Made by a program: the position numbers and the translations under genes | In this document: positions 36,580-46,752 of the stretch, in pieces | Layout: the number at the start of each line of letters is the position of its first letter | Position numbering within the stretch: the first letter of the stretch is position 1 | IMG/VR virus record: IMGVR_UViG_3300017766_002362 | Coordinates: 7,785-71,784 of that record | Direction: 5' to 3' (one strand) | Source of the DNA: a virus | Length of the DNA: 64,000 nt | The notes under the pieces: generated by a model | The model's input: the letters and a program-made list of their open reading frames with translations, nothing else | Database searches by the model: none | What the model was told of the DNA's origin: nothing

Positions 36580-37943
36580 CAGCCACCTACGGAGGCTACT
36601 GGAATATCAGTTGATTTTTCTTGCTCTTTCTTTTCCCAAAATTTCCACCACTTCTTCTTGAAGTCTGGACGTTCTTCTTGGTTGCCTGTCCACTCTGTTG
36701 TTGCTTCTTTGCCGATTTTACCCATGTATGGGCAAGGTGTTCCAGCCATTTCCATAGCCTTGAACACTCTTTCGTCTTGGCACATTAATGACACAGCAGC
36801 AACCTTCATACCCATGTCGTATAGAGTCTTAGATAATTTCAAGCGTTCGCAATTCATATCACGAACTGCCTTACCAGCAGAGACACCGAACACTTGAGTT
36901 TGTACAGCGCCAGAAACGCCTGACACACAGACATCTTGGCTGTATGTTGAGATCATTGGAGCGATAGCAGAAGCAGGAGGTGCTTTGATTGTTGTTTCTG
37001 TTTTTGTAAAGTTTTCGTTACGATTGATATTCGTATTTGTATTTTCAGTTTTTACATTTGATTGGCTTGTGCTTTCAGACTTGTTAACGTTTTCGTTTTT
37101 GTTTACAGCTGTTGATGTGCTTACATTAACATTGTTATTTGTGTTTACGCTAGTGCTATCGTTTTTATTAACATTGGTATTTGTTGAAGTTGAGACGTTG
37201 TTGTTATTATTTGTGTTGGTTGAAGTTGATACGTTATTGTTGTTATTCGTATTCACGCTATTTGCATTAATATTTGTGTTGTTTGTGTTATTGTTATTAT
37301 AAGTCACTTCACCAGATAGGTTGTTATTATTGTTATTTGTGTTCGTAGATGTTGAGGTGTTCACATTGTTATTATTATTTGTATTTGTGCTCACTGATTC
37401 ATTCGTACTATTATTGTAATTAACGTTCGTATTTGTCGATACGTTGTTATTATTATTTGTAGAAGTGTTAACATTCGTATTTGTGGAAACACTGTTATTA
37501 TTATTCACGTTGGTATTCGTAGAAACACTGTTGTTATTATTTGTGCTTGTACTGTTCACCGTTGACGTATTCACATTGTTATTGTTATTCGTCGATGTGG
37601 TGTTGTTGTTATTATTATATGTCACTTCACCAGACATATTATTGTTGTTGGTGTTGACGTTCGTATTCGTAGACGTCGAATTGTTCGTGTTTACGTTGTT
37701 GTTATTATTCGTATTCGTACTTGTAGAAGTCGAATTATTCGTGTTAATATTCGTATTGAGATTCGTATTATTCGTCGTCTCAGTACTGGTATTAACGTTC
37801 GTGTTGTTATTCGTGTTTGTATTCGTCGTCGTTGACGTAGTGTTGACATCAGACGTTGAGTTTACAGTTGAAACTGTTGTGGTTTGCGCGAATGCTGCTC
37901 CAGAAAGGAGCATTAGACCTAAAGCTGCTATTATCTTTTTCAT
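36579..37943 (-). CDS. Secreted Asn/Thr-repeat protein with Cys-containing C-domain
   Basis: Signal peptide AFA; about 290 aa of NTNNNNNVST-type repeats; CERLKLSK...CQD.RV...AGTPCP. Confidence 0.8.
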   Translation of the reverse strand: MKKIIAALGLMLLSGAAFAQTTTVSTVNSTSDVNTTSTTTNTNTNNNTNVNTSTETTNNTNLNTNINTNNSTSTSTNTNNNNNVNTNNSTSTNTNVNTNNNNMSGEVTYNNNNNTTSTNNNNNVNTSTVNSTSTNNNNSVSTNTNVNNNNSVSTNTNVNTSTNNNNNVSTNTNVNYNNSTNESVSTNTNNNNNVNTSTSTNTNNNNNNLSGEVTYNNNNTNNTNINANSVNTNNNNNVSTSTNTNNNNNVSTSTNTNVNKNDSTSVNTNNNVNVSTSTAVNKNENVNKSESTSQSNVKTENTNTNINRNENFTKTETTIKAPPASAIAPMISTYSQDVCVSGVSGAVQTQVFGVSAGKAVRDMNCERLKLSKTLYDMGMKVAAVSLMCQDERVFKAMEMAGTPCPYMGKIGKEATTEWTGNQEERPDFKKKWWKFWEKKEQEKSTDIPVASVGG

Positions 37944-38018
37944 TGTACCCTCTGATTGTTATAATAACAAAACAATCAACAAGGACAATAATTTAAATTC
38001 ACTCTTTATAATTAACTG

Positions 38019-38025
38019 TATTTAG
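38019..38025 (-). promoter_or_regulatory. T4-like late promoter (CTAAATA)
   Basis: Intergenic; related motifs at 20137, 44201, 46745, 56041 and 56089 (TATAAATA). Confidence 0.55.
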
Positions 38026-38028
38026 TTA

Positions 38029-40596
38029 TTATTTGTCTTTAAACTGCGCAGTAGGTGCTGTAAAGTTGGCTGTGTAACGAGCATATCCTTTGGTGATGCG
38101 AAGGTCGTCGATGTAGCCATAACTTGCAAATGTAGCAGATAATAACCCACCTGGACCAATATTAAGATTACCAGCAGACGCTAAAATGGTATTTGTATAT
38201 GTGCCTTGCGTTACTTGAGTCCCATCAACAAAAACTTTTACGTTATTGCTTCCAGATCCACTTCTTGAGATTGCAAAATGGTACCAGTCTGCTTTACTTA
38301 TTGCTGCGGAAATATCCGTTTGTCCGTTTGATCTCCAGCGAATTTCTGATGTTGTCAATCCAATCAAAAAACCATTGGTTTCGTTCACACCCTGCACAAT
38401 AAAAAAGTCTTCGCCTCCCGCAATTGAAGGTTTTACCCAACCTTCGATAGTGAAATCGCCTTGTAAATCTACTCCTGGCATTTTAACCGATTCGGATATT
38501 GATGAGATGAATATACTACCAGTCCCATACTTGTACTGCGCAGTGCTTACTTTTGCGCCACCAACACACTCAAGAACATTCTTCGCTGTTTGATCGAAGA
38601 TCTGTGCATTGGTGAAATTACAGAGTAGTGATGTGTTGGCGATATTTGTGAGTGGAGCTGTTGGTACAGTAATTGACGCATTACCTACACCGTATACATC
38701 GGTGCCTTTGACGAGGCGAAAGTTAGTAAGGTATCCACCAACTGCATATCCGTCGGAAGCCGCGCCAAAGTTAATTCCGTTTTGCCCCGCACTAGTCGGG
38801 GAAACTGTGTTTGTTGCAACGCGAGTGCCGTTAATCCAAATGGCAAGGCTGTTTGATCCGTTCCAGCCAATCGCAATGTGATACCATTGCCCACGAGTGG
38901 GAGCCCACGTATAGGTGGTTTCATTGGTGCTTGTTCCGCGTTGTTGCCAATACAACGTTCCACCAGAATACAAAAGGTTTGCATAACCTGTTGTTCCGGA
39001 ACCGTTCAAGCCAAACATAATTGTTACTGAAGGCGCGGTAGTAAAGTACACCCACATTTCAAACGTGTATGCACTTGCACTAACATCAAATGCAGCATTA
39101 CTCGCTGCCGTCAAATAATCCCCACTCCCATCAAAATACCCACTACCGCCAACATTTGCTGTTGAATATGCTGCTGTTGGAGCAAATGGAGACCATGCTT
39201 GAATAGAAACATCACCATTACGAGTAATCGTAAATGCATTCGTAGAGTTATCAATAAATCGATTTGATTGGAGAGTAAGTAATGATGTATTAGAAATAGC
39301 AGTTAATGCAGCAGTAGGTGGAGTAAATGCAGATGTATAAACTGCACTACCCTTTACCATGCGGAAGTTAGATATATAACCTGTAAAAGTATAACCTAAA
39401 TTTGTAGGATCGCCGCCTATTCCCAAAGACGCGGTACTGTTTAAGTTCACGGAATTTGTAACCGAGCCCGTTGATACTCCATTTCTGTATAATACAAGTG
39501 ATGTACCGCTTCTAACTACAGCTATATGATACCAATTATTAGGAGAATATGTTCCCGAAGATTCTGTTATCACTAAAGAACCATTGACCCAAAGTTCTAT
39601 TCTTCCACTGGTAGAAAGTGTTTGCATTAAAATAGCACCTGAATCAGTAAACCCCTTTCCAAATACAGTTGCTACCCCAGTACTTGTTGGTTGCATCCAA
39701 AATTCAATAGTAAAATCACCACTTCCCATTCTTAAAGCAGCATTGTCAGCAACTGTTAAGTAATCCCCAGTCCCATCAAAATATGCACTCCATCCAGTCT
39801 GACTGAACGGACTAAATGTCCCTTGAGTCGCATTACCATTTCGAGTAATTGTAAAATTATTATTCGAAGAATCTAAGAAAGAATGATTATTTCCATTATT
39901 TGTTCCATCAGCATGAATCAATAGAACGTTATTTGCAAACAATACACCTTCGCCAGTTGTTACAGTAACGCTGAATGCTCTTGATGATGATTGATTTTGC
40001 GCATCAGAAACATCAACAGTAAAATTGTATGTCGTTTCTGATGCTGGCGGTGAACTCATTGTTCCGCTGATGACGCCATTAGAAGCGAGAGAAATACCAC
40101 TAGGTAGTGAACTTCCTGCTGCAAGAGCGTATGTGAGTGGAGTATCACCAGTCGCAGAAAGGGAAATGCTCCAAGCAGCAGCTGCGTCTTGAGTAGTCAA
40201 CGTTGCTCCTGTGACCCATGTTGGCTCACCAGAAATTTGTAATCCAGGAACTAGAATTGCTGTTGCACCATCGTCTGGATTTGTGACATAAAGAGGATAG
40301 GTTGCAGCAGAAAGAGCAGGAGTTGTAAACCCTACGTTACTTGCGCTGATATATGTCACAGATGGGACAGAAGCATTGTTTACATAAACAGCAACATTCG
40401 AATCAAATCCGCTACCATTAATATAAATGGTTTGTCCACCAACAGTGTTCGCTGCAGTATCATCACCAGGATAAATCAAACTTTTTATTTTTGGTCCACC
40501 ACCAGCAGCAATAGAGTCACTGAGCCCAGTCGCAAATTGTGTTGTAGTAATTGTACCACTAGCGATTGATTTACTACCGTCTAATTTTCCTGGCAT
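38029..40596 (-). CDS. Virion protein with IPT/TIG, Ig-like and three LamG/concanavalin-like domains
   Basis: YFDG.GDYL, FTIE.W, WYHIA, GYI..FR repeats. Confidence 0.85.
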   Translation of the reverse strand: MPGKLDGSKSIASGTITTTQFATGLSDSIAAGGGPKIKSLIYPGDDTAANTVGGQTIYINGSGFDSNVAVYVNNASVPSVTYISASNVGFTTPALSAATYPLYVTNPDDGATAILVPGLQISGEPTWVTGATLTTQDAAAAWSISLSATGDTPLTYALAAGSSLPSGISLASNGVISGTMSSPPASETTYNFTVDVSDAQNQSSSRAFSVTVTTGEGVLFANNVLLIHADGTNNGNNHSFLDSSNNNFTITRNGNATQGTFSPFSQTGWSAYFDGTGDYLTVADNAALRMGSGDFTIEFWMQPTSTGVATVFGKGFTDSGAILMQTLSTSGRIELWVNGSLVITESSGTYSPNNWYHIAVVRSGTSLVLYRNGVSTGSVTNSVNLNSTASLGIGGDPTNLGYTFTGYISNFRMVKGSAVYTSAFTPPTAALTAISNTSLLTLQSNRFIDNSTNAFTITRNGDVSIQAWSPFAPTAAYSTANVGGSGYFDGSGDYLTAASNAAFDVSASAYTFEMWVYFTTAPSVTIMFGLNGSGTTGYANLLYSGGTLYWQQRGTSTNETTYTWAPTRGQWYHIAIGWNGSNSLAIWINGTRVATNTVSPTSAGQNGINFGAASDGYAVGGYLTNFRLVKGTDVYGVGNASITVPTAPLTNIANTSLLCNFTNAQIFDQTAKNVLECVGGAKVSTAQYKYGTGSIFISSISESVKMPGVDLQGDFTIEGWVKPSIAGGEDFFIVQGVNETNGFLIGLTTSEIRWRSNGQTDISAAISKADWYHFAISRSGSGSNNVKVFVDGTQVTQGTYTNTILASAGNLNIGPGGLLSATFASYGYIDDLRITKGYARYTANFTAPTAQFKDK

Positions 40597-40608
40597 TGTA
40601 TTCTCTTA

Positions 40609-40980
40609 TTAGTATACTGTGACTGACAAACCTGGAACTTTAACAGCAAACCCACCATCTGTGTTTATAACATACACAGCATAATTCGCGGCTGGTAATG
40701 CAGGTGTTGTAAATTGTAGATTGCTTGCACTTATATAACTCATCGCTGGGACCGCAGCATTATTAACATAAACATTCGAATTCGCATAAAACCCTGAGCC
40801 TGTTAAATATATTGTCTGTCCACCATTCGAGTTCGCGCTAGTATTTGCCCCAGGATATATAATTGTTTTTATTTTTGGACCACTACCAGCAACGATAGTG
40901 TCGCTCAATGCTGTTGTAAGTTGTGTTGAAGTAATCGTATTATTTGCAAACGCCTTACTTCCGTCTAACTTACCAGGCAT
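40609..40980 (-). CDS. Stand-alone IPT/TIG protein, paralogue of the N-terminus of 38029..40596
   Basis: Both begin MPGKLDGSK and share GPKIK..IYPG, GGQTIY..GSGF, FTTPAL. Confidence 0.8.
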   Translation of the reverse strand: MPGKLDGSKAFANNTITSTQLTTALSDTIVAGSGPKIKTIIYPGANTSANSNGGQTIYLTGSGFYANSNVYVNNAAVPAMSYISASNLQFTTPALPAANYAVYVINTDGGFAVKVPGLSVTVY

Positions 40981-40989
40981 TAATCAACC

Positions 40990-41367
40990 TCAAGGTGTTG
41001 GTTCTGGTGCTGGTACTACAACCCAAGACAATGTTTCTTCATTCCATGAATATGATTGTCCATCGGTTGGCATCGCAACTGGCGCTTCCCATGAACAACT
41101 TGTTTCATTTAATACCCAAGAAGCATGTGGTTTTGGTGGAATGAATGCATTGCGCGTAGCATCAAAAGTATATCCGTTACCAGCATAATGCTTACGAAAA
41201 TTTGCATTGTAACTTGTTTGCTTCCAAGTACCGCCAAATAATCTTTCACAAAATGCAGCGCCAATGTATTCTTTCTCTACGCCATTTGCGTCAGAGGTAT
41301 CCTTGTTGCCAACAACAATAACTTCTGTAACTATATTATTTTCGTCTAATTTTGCAAAATGTGCCAT
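40990..41367 (-). CDS. Phage tail-region protein (MAHFAKLD...WKQTSYN...YAG.GY)
   Basis: Motif pattern familiar from aquatic phage tail loci. Confidence 0.75.
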   Translation of the reverse strand: MAHFAKLDENNIVTEVIVVGNKDTSDANGVEKEYIGAAFCERLFGGTWKQTSYNANFRKHYAGNGYTFDATRNAFIPPKPHASWVLNETSCSWEAPVAMPTDGQSYSWNEETLSWVVVPAPEPTP

Positions 41368-41978
41368 TAAACTTTATCTCCTAATATCAATTCCGTTAAA
41401 TTTTCATTTAATCCACATGTACCCTTAAAGAAGGTATTAAATGCCAAACTAATTCTTGTATTCTCAGCCTCAACAGTTTGAACCATATGAGTCAATGAGG
41501 AAGGAAATACAACCATCTTTTTAGTTGCAACTTCAAACCACCAAGAATCAGAGTTCGACAAATTCCATTCTTTTGGTTCAAATTTAATTTGACTATATCC
41601 TTCTTTAAAAAAATAAATTTTATCTTTCGTCGGATCAGCCTCTATATAAAACACACCAGATAAAAAACTATTTGGATGCGCATGTTTATGATGATATTGA
41701 CCCTTCTCACTAAAATTCAACCAAGACTGAGTTACATACAATTCTACGTCAGTTTTTGGTGCATAAATTTGTTGAAAATATGTATTAACAGAATCCTCAA
41801 TAAATTTATTCAATCCCTTCAACTGTTTTTTTCGTAAAATATAATTATCTACACTCGTTGTATTTCCCTGGTTTGGTCTTTTTTCCTGCTTTAGAACAAA
41901 ATCAATTTCTGCTTTAGTCAATTCACGATCTAGTTCAAACATTCCAACTGTCGTTGGAAAAATATTATATAAATTCAC
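41367..41978 (-). CDS. 2OG-Fe(II) oxygenase (TIGR02466-like)
   Basis: IFPT, TQSWLN, HHKHAHPNSFLSGVFY, FPSSLTHMV, RISLAFN. Confidence 0.88.
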   Translation of the reverse strand: MNLYNIFPTTVGMFELDRELTKAEIDFVLKQEKRPNQGNTTSVDNYILRKKQLKGLNKFIEDSVNTYFQQIYAPKTDVELYVTQSWLNFSEKGQYHHKHAHPNSFLSGVFYIEADPTKDKIYFFKEGYSQIKFEPKEWNLSNSDSWWFEVATKKMVVFPSSLTHMVQTVEAENTRISLAFNTFFKGTCGLNENLTELILGDKV

Positions 41979-42247
41979 GCAGCACTCTCCTCTATCATTT
42001 TAGCGTACACACCAATTTCTTCTAATTGCTCTTTAGTCCAAATAGTATTTATAGAATCTTCAAAATCTTTAATTTTTTGCATTGTTTCTTCAACTTCTTC
42101 TACCGAAGGTTTTGGTCTTTCGTCATCCCAACGTGTAAACCCAACACCACCAGTCCATTCCCATTTTGCTCCTGGGCGAAGAAGTTCTATCGCACCATTA
42201 ATACCATAAAATCTATAAATTTTTGCTATATTTTCCATAATATTCAC
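41975..42247 (-). CDS. Small tail-associated protein (XkdW-like)
   Basis: AIELLRPGAKWE...WDDERPKPS. Confidence 0.6.
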   Translation of the reverse strand: MNIMENIAKIYRFYGINGAIELLRPGAKWEWTGGVGFTRWDDERPKPSVEEVEETMQKIKDFEDSINTIWTKEQLEEIGVYAKMIEESAA

Positions 42248-42256
42248 CTTTATTAA

Positions 42257-42439
42257 TTATTCAACATATGCAACCCATTTATTTATTGGGCAACTTTCTG
42301 CAGCATCTCTTGTTTTCATTAGAAGTAAATGATCATTTATTTTACAAACTAAATCTGGGTTTCTAATCTCAGAGTGCTCACATGTTCTACATGTATCATA
42401 TCTTTGAAATTGTACATTTGCTGGTGATAGTGTGATCAT
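42257..42439 (-). CDS. Cys-rich small protein, related to 5069..5242
   Basis: R...CRTC...C...KT....ESCPINKW. Confidence 0.7.
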   Translation of the reverse strand: MITLSPANVQFQRYDTCRTCEHSEIRNPDLVCKINDHLLLMKTRDAAESCPINKWVAYVE

Positions 42440-42451
42440 GAGAAATTCCTG

Positions 42452-43417
42452 TTAAATGATAGTCATGTATACTCTTGAGATGCCATTGGCGCTTGGAGTT
42501 CCTGTATTGCCAGCATCACCTCTGTTTGGATCTGAGCTGTTTCCTACGGTGGTTCCTGAACCAGAAAAATGAGTTACTGCGGTTGCACGACTTAAATTTG
42601 TTGTGTTACTGCTGGATCCACCACCACCACCTCCGCCAGCGATACAACATAGCATTCCCCCACCGCCGCCGCCGTAGTATCCACCACCGCCACCGCCACC
42701 AGTACCATTGGTGTATGTTCCACCAGAACCACCGAATAATGCTGCACCTGCAGTTCCTGTGCCTGCAGGTGCTGTGCCTGGACCAGCGCCACCACCACCC
42801 GCTTGTGATCCACCGCCTGCAGTGGTGCCTGGGTATCCACTGCTTGATTGTCCACTTGGATATCCACCAGCACCACCAGTGGCTCCTCTTCCACCAGTGT
42901 CGTAAGCAGCACCGCCACCGCCACCTGCTATAAGAATTGTATTTGCATGAACAACGGTGCTTCCATGAAATATGCCAGCATAGTTTCCACCCTCACCTGA
43001 TGCTCCAGCTTGACCGCCAGTATTACCACCACCAAAGTGAACGTTAATTGTCTGGTCTACTGTAAATATGAGTGTTGCCATTAACGCAGCACCAGCACCA
43101 CCAACATAGTCGACTGTGTTAGATCCACCAGCACCCCACATTTTTACGTTAACATTAAACGATTTTTGTGGCGTTAGCACATAACTTCCGTTACTTGAAC
43201 TGATGTTTAATGCTCCGTCAACATTAAAGTCCCATGTGGTTTTTCCTTCGAATGCTGGGCTAATTGACACAGAATTTGCAGTTACAGCAGCTCCTGGCCA
43301 ATTGCTTGTTTGTCGACCAAATCGAAAATCTTCAACGCTGAATACTCTTCCAGTTGTTGATATTGTTACTGGAGTTTGATTTGCGCCGATAATATTAAAA
43401 TTATTTCTAATTCTCAT
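42452..43417 (-). CDS. Glycine-rich virion protein (cassette 3)
   Basis: WGAGG, IAGGGGG, GGGGGGYYGGGGG. Confidence 0.8.
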   Translation of the reverse strand: MRIRNNFNIIGANQTPVTISTTGRVFSVEDFRFGRQTSNWPGAAVTANSVSISPAFEGKTTWDFNVDGALNISSSNGSYVLTPQKSFNVNVKMWGAGGSNTVDYVGGAGAALMATLIFTVDQTINVHFGGGNTGGQAGASGEGGNYAGIFHGSTVVHANTILIAGGGGGAAYDTGGRGATGGAGGYPSGQSSSGYPGTTAGGGSQAGGGGAGPGTAPAGTGTAGAALFGGSGGTYTNGTGGGGGGGYYGGGGGGMLCCIAGGGGGGGSSSNTTNLSRATAVTHFSGSGTTVGNSSDPNRGDAGNTGTPSANGISRVYMTII

Positions 43418-43419
43418 AG

Positions 43420-43776
43420 TTAGGAAATTGTCTCATAACTTGCTGTAATTGTTACAGACGCATTTGCACTGACATTTGCCTGCAGCACATCACCTTCTAG
43501 CATATAGATAGACATATCCTTTGCTAAAAGAACCAATGCTGAGGTTGCTGGAATACTAACATTGCCGCCCAAAAAATATTTTGTAGAACTTCTGTCTACG
43601 ACAACATTTGCCAATACTGTACTAGCAGAATAGTTGCTCAATATAATATTATTTAATTTATGCACAGTTCCACTTGCCGCGCTGTTGGTAAGCACATTCG
43701 TTGTTGCAGTGGTAAGATTATTTAATGCTGTATTGCCGTAAATTGATGCTACAGCCACTATATTAGGATTAGCCAT
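43420..43776 (-). CDS. Small beta-sandwich virion protein (MANPNIV type; cassette 3)
   Basis: SIPATSALVLL.K...Y.LEGD.L...SYE.IS. Confidence 0.75.
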   Translation of the reverse strand: MANPNIVAVASIYGNTALNNLTTATTNVLTNSAASGTVHKLNNIILSNYSASTVLANVVVDRSSTKYFLGGNVSIPATSALVLLAKDMSIYMLEGDVLQANVSANASVTITASYETIS

Positions 43777-43777
43777 T

Positions 43778-44173
43778 TTATCCTCCGAAGACAATAGACA
43801 TTGCTATTGCTTTTCCTGTTGTTACTGTTACTGTTGCATTTGATCCTGCTGCTGTATACACATCGATCACTGAATTAGCATCTGGAGCAGATGTAAACGA
43901 AAGAGTTGTATATGATACATTGTATTCATTATTTCTTTGTAAAACTCTATCTACATAAACAGAGCAATGATCTTCATTTATCGGGATTACAGTCAGTATA
44001 AAGTTTGTATTCGATCCATCACCAACAAATGAGTCTCTTGTAATTCCAAGATTTACCGTTCCATCTACGACGTAAATAGACCACGCATTTGCAGCTGAAT
44101 TGTATTTCCACGTACGATTGTTGTAGGAATACGTTTCATTGTTGACTGGTGAATTTGGAAAATTAATTGGCAT
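43778..44173 (-). CDS. MPINFP-type virion protein ending TGKAIAMSIVFGG (cassette 3)
   Basis: Shared N-terminus with 46292..46717. Confidence 0.75.
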   Translation of the reverse strand: MPINFPNSPVNNETYSYNNRTWKYNSAANAWSIYVVDGTVNLGITRDSFVGDGSNTNFILTVIPINEDHCSVYVDRVLQRNNEYNVSYTTLSFTSAPDANSVIDVYTAAGSNATVTVTTGKAIAMSIVFGG

Positions 44174-44208
44174 TTTCTAATGCGCCTCTGTGTATTGTTG
44201 TATTTATT

Positions 44209-45936
44209 TTACGCATTAAGTTTAATTATAACAACACCTGAGCCACCAGCGCCACCACTTACAGATACAGTTGGAGCGTTATAAGGATAACCTCCTCCAC
44301 CTCCTCCGCTACCTGTATTTACAGTACCAGTTCCAGCAGCGGTTGGTGAAGTTGATCCAGCACCACCACCGCCGCTGCCTCCAGCACCTGTGCTAAATGG
44401 TCCGCAACATCCAGGACCTGTGTTCCATCCGCCGCCTCCGCCACCTCCTGCGCGAGTTACCGATGTTCCTGTAATTGTTGATGCTGCTCCAGCACCACCA
44501 TTTCCAGAAAAACCACCATACTGACCACTTACTCCACCATCACCACCAACAGCACTTGCGCCGCCACCGCCAGCACCTTGCGTAAAACCGTCCTGATAGC
44601 CAGGAGAACCACCACCTCTAAATCCTTGAGCTGGTGATGTTGATGGAACATTCCCTAAACCATAAGTCGCGCCAGTTCCACCACCACCAGAACCTCCATC
44701 TCTTCCAGCGGTATTGGCTCTTCCGCCACCACCGCCACCACCAGCAGAAGTTATAGTATCAAAAATAGAACTGCTGCCATTGGCGCCTCTGCCGTTATCA
44801 GCAAATCCAGGCGAACCTGCTCCACCAGCACCACCAGCACCAACTGTAATCGTGTAGGTATTGCCAGCAGTTATTGGATATGATGTTCCTGTTCTATATC
44901 CGCCAGCACCACCACCACCGCCAGAACCAGATCCGCCACCGCCGCCACCGCCGATAACTAGATAATCGACAGAAGTAAAGCCTGTTGGACAAATCCATTC
45001 TGCTGTTGAACTGAAGATTTGGACTTGACCAGTTTCAATTGGTATACCATATTTTAGAATGACAACACCAGAACCGCCAGCTGCTCCTGCTCCAATTGGT
45101 TGGCCATCATTATTGCCGCCTCCGCCTCCGCCACCACCTAGATTGGCTGTTCCAACGGTTGCCACAGTCCCTGGATAAACTCCACCATTTCCGCCACCGC
45201 CTGTGCCGCCAGGACCAGGACTATTAGCACCGCCACCGCCACCGCCAGCATAAGTTGTTGACGTTCCTGTAATCGAAGAAGCAGATCCATTACCACCACC
45301 TTGAGCAGTAGCAGCAGCACCAGCTCCTCCTCCTCCACCACCATAATATGGTGCACCGCTTGCGCCAGAAGCACCATTGTTTCCTTGTGATGGTGATGTT
45401 GATGGGGTGTTACCTGCGCCACCTGATCCACCATTAAATTTGCCACCACCACCAGAACCTCCACTTAGACCAGGTATACCCTGTGTGGATCCGCTCGCGC
45501 CACCGCCACCGCCACCACCTGCAGAAGTAACTGATGGGAAAATAGAACTTGATCCGTTTGATCCTGAAGTGCTAGAACTACCTGCTCCACCAGCACCTAC
45601 TGTAATTGTATATGTTGTTCCAGCAGTAACTAATAAACCTGTTCCTGTTCTAAATCCACCAGCACCGCCACCACCACTTCCACCAGAATTTGGTCCTGCA
45701 TTTCCACCACCACCGCCACCACCGATAACTAGATAATCAACAGAAATAACACCTGTTGGACAAACCCATGTTCCAGATTCTTTAAAGGTAACAATAACAG
45801 TACGGCGCAACGATGCATCGCTGATAAAATTATAATGACGCATCTCATTAATGTCATGTAAAGACCAAATACCAACTGTGTTGGCAGGAGTTTCGCTTTT
45901 TAAATTTCTTTTTCCGAGGAAAATTGTATTATTCAT
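44209..45936 (-). CDS. Glycine-rich virion protein with two repeated domains (cassette 2)
   Basis: W.CPTG..SVDYLVIGGGGGGG twice; ends GVVIIKLNA. Confidence 0.85.
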   Translation of the reverse strand: MNNTIFLGKRNLKSETPANTVGIWSLHDINEMRHYNFISDASLRRTVIVTFKESGTWVCPTGVISVDYLVIGGGGGGGNAGPNSGGSGGGGAGGFRTGTGLLVTAGTTYTITVGAGGAGSSSTSGSNGSSSIFPSVTSAGGGGGGGASGSTQGIPGLSGGSGGGGKFNGGSGGAGNTPSTSPSQGNNGASGASGAPYYGGGGGGAGAAATAQGGGNGSASSITGTSTTYAGGGGGGANSPGPGGTGGGGNGGVYPGTVATVGTANLGGGGGGGGNNDGQPIGAGAAGGSGVVILKYGIPIETGQVQIFSSTAEWICPTGFTSVDYLVIGGGGGGGSGSGGGGGAGGYRTGTSYPITAGNTYTITVGAGGAGGAGSPGFADNGRGANGSSSIFDTITSAGGGGGGGRANTAGRDGGSGGGGTGATYGLGNVPSTSPAQGFRGGGSPGYQDGFTQGAGGGGASAVGGDGGVSGQYGGFSGNGGAGAASTITGTSVTRAGGGGGGGWNTGPGCCGPFSTGAGGSGGGGAGSTSPTAAGTGTVNTGSGGGGGGYPYNAPTVSVSGGAGGSGVVIIKLNA

Positions 45937-45952
45937 AACTCTTTAACTTGTA

Positions 45953-46279
45953 TTAAGTTATTTGTAGTAAACTGATTGTAACATCAATATGGCTGTTTGC
46001 TGATGCAAGTCCAGAAATATAGTCTCCTGCTTCAAGAACAAGTTTTCCAGTGAGAAATGTCGTGGCAGAATCTGCAGGAACAGGAACTGTTCTTGTTAGA
46101 TACTTCTTAGTTGCTGCGCTGCTGTCTGTTGCGAACATCGTTATATCTGCAGAGTTAGCACCATCGCTATTCGCTGCTTGACTCAATATGAGTATAGATG
46201 TTGTATTTGCTGGTGACACATAGACGTTTGCTTCCGCAGTCGTCAATGTTTGATTCACCATTTTAAATGTTTCTGCCAT
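45953..46279 (-). CDS. Small beta-sandwich virion protein (MAETFK type; cassette 2)
   Basis: VPADS....GKLVLEAGD...SLLQIT. Confidence 0.75.
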   Translation of the reverse strand: MAETFKMVNQTLTTAEANVYVSPANTTSILILSQAANSDGANSADITMFATDSSAATKKYLTRTVPVPADSATTFLTGKLVLEAGDYISGLASANSHIDVTISLLQIT

Positions 46280-46291
46280 TTTATTCTCCGA

Positions 46292-46717
46292 TTATGATAT
46301 GGCGATTACTAAACCTAACGATACTCCGCCAGTGCCACTCGCGCCTTGTACGCCAAGAGTACCTTGTGAGCCTACAGTTCCTTGGATTCCTTGGCTTCCA
46401 ATAGTGCCTTGCGCACCTGATCCAATAGTGCCTTGCACACCTTGAGGACCAGTAACGCCCTGGAGTCCTGGTGGACCAAGTTCTATCCATTGATCACTGT
46501 CGCCATCATTGATATACTTATACAATGCTCCAGTATCAGGATTAAACCATTCATCACCAACAGCTGGAGAAACTGGAGCAGTATTTGTAGACGCAAATCC
46601 AGTTGATCCTATCGTTTGAATAATCCAGGCGCCAGACGCTGAATTATAAACCCATGAACGACCACCATACGAATAAGTTTGATTATTTGTTGGTGAATTT
46701 GGAAAATTAATTGGCAT
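46292..46717 (-). CDS. MPINFP-type protein with short collagen stretch, ending GVSLGLVIAIS (cassette 2)
   Basis: GDEWFN..TG.LYKY..DGDS.QW module plus GxQ triplets. Confidence 0.8.
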   Translation of the reverse strand: MPINFPNSPTNNQTYSYGGRSWVYNSASGAWIIQTIGSTGFASTNTAPVSPAVGDEWFNPDTGALYKYINDGDSDQWIELGPPGLQGVTGPQGVQGTIGSGAQGTIGSQGIQGTVGSQGTLGVQGASGTGGVSLGLVIAIS

Positions 46718-46752
46718 AGTTTATTTTATCTCTAAAATTTTAGATATTTATT

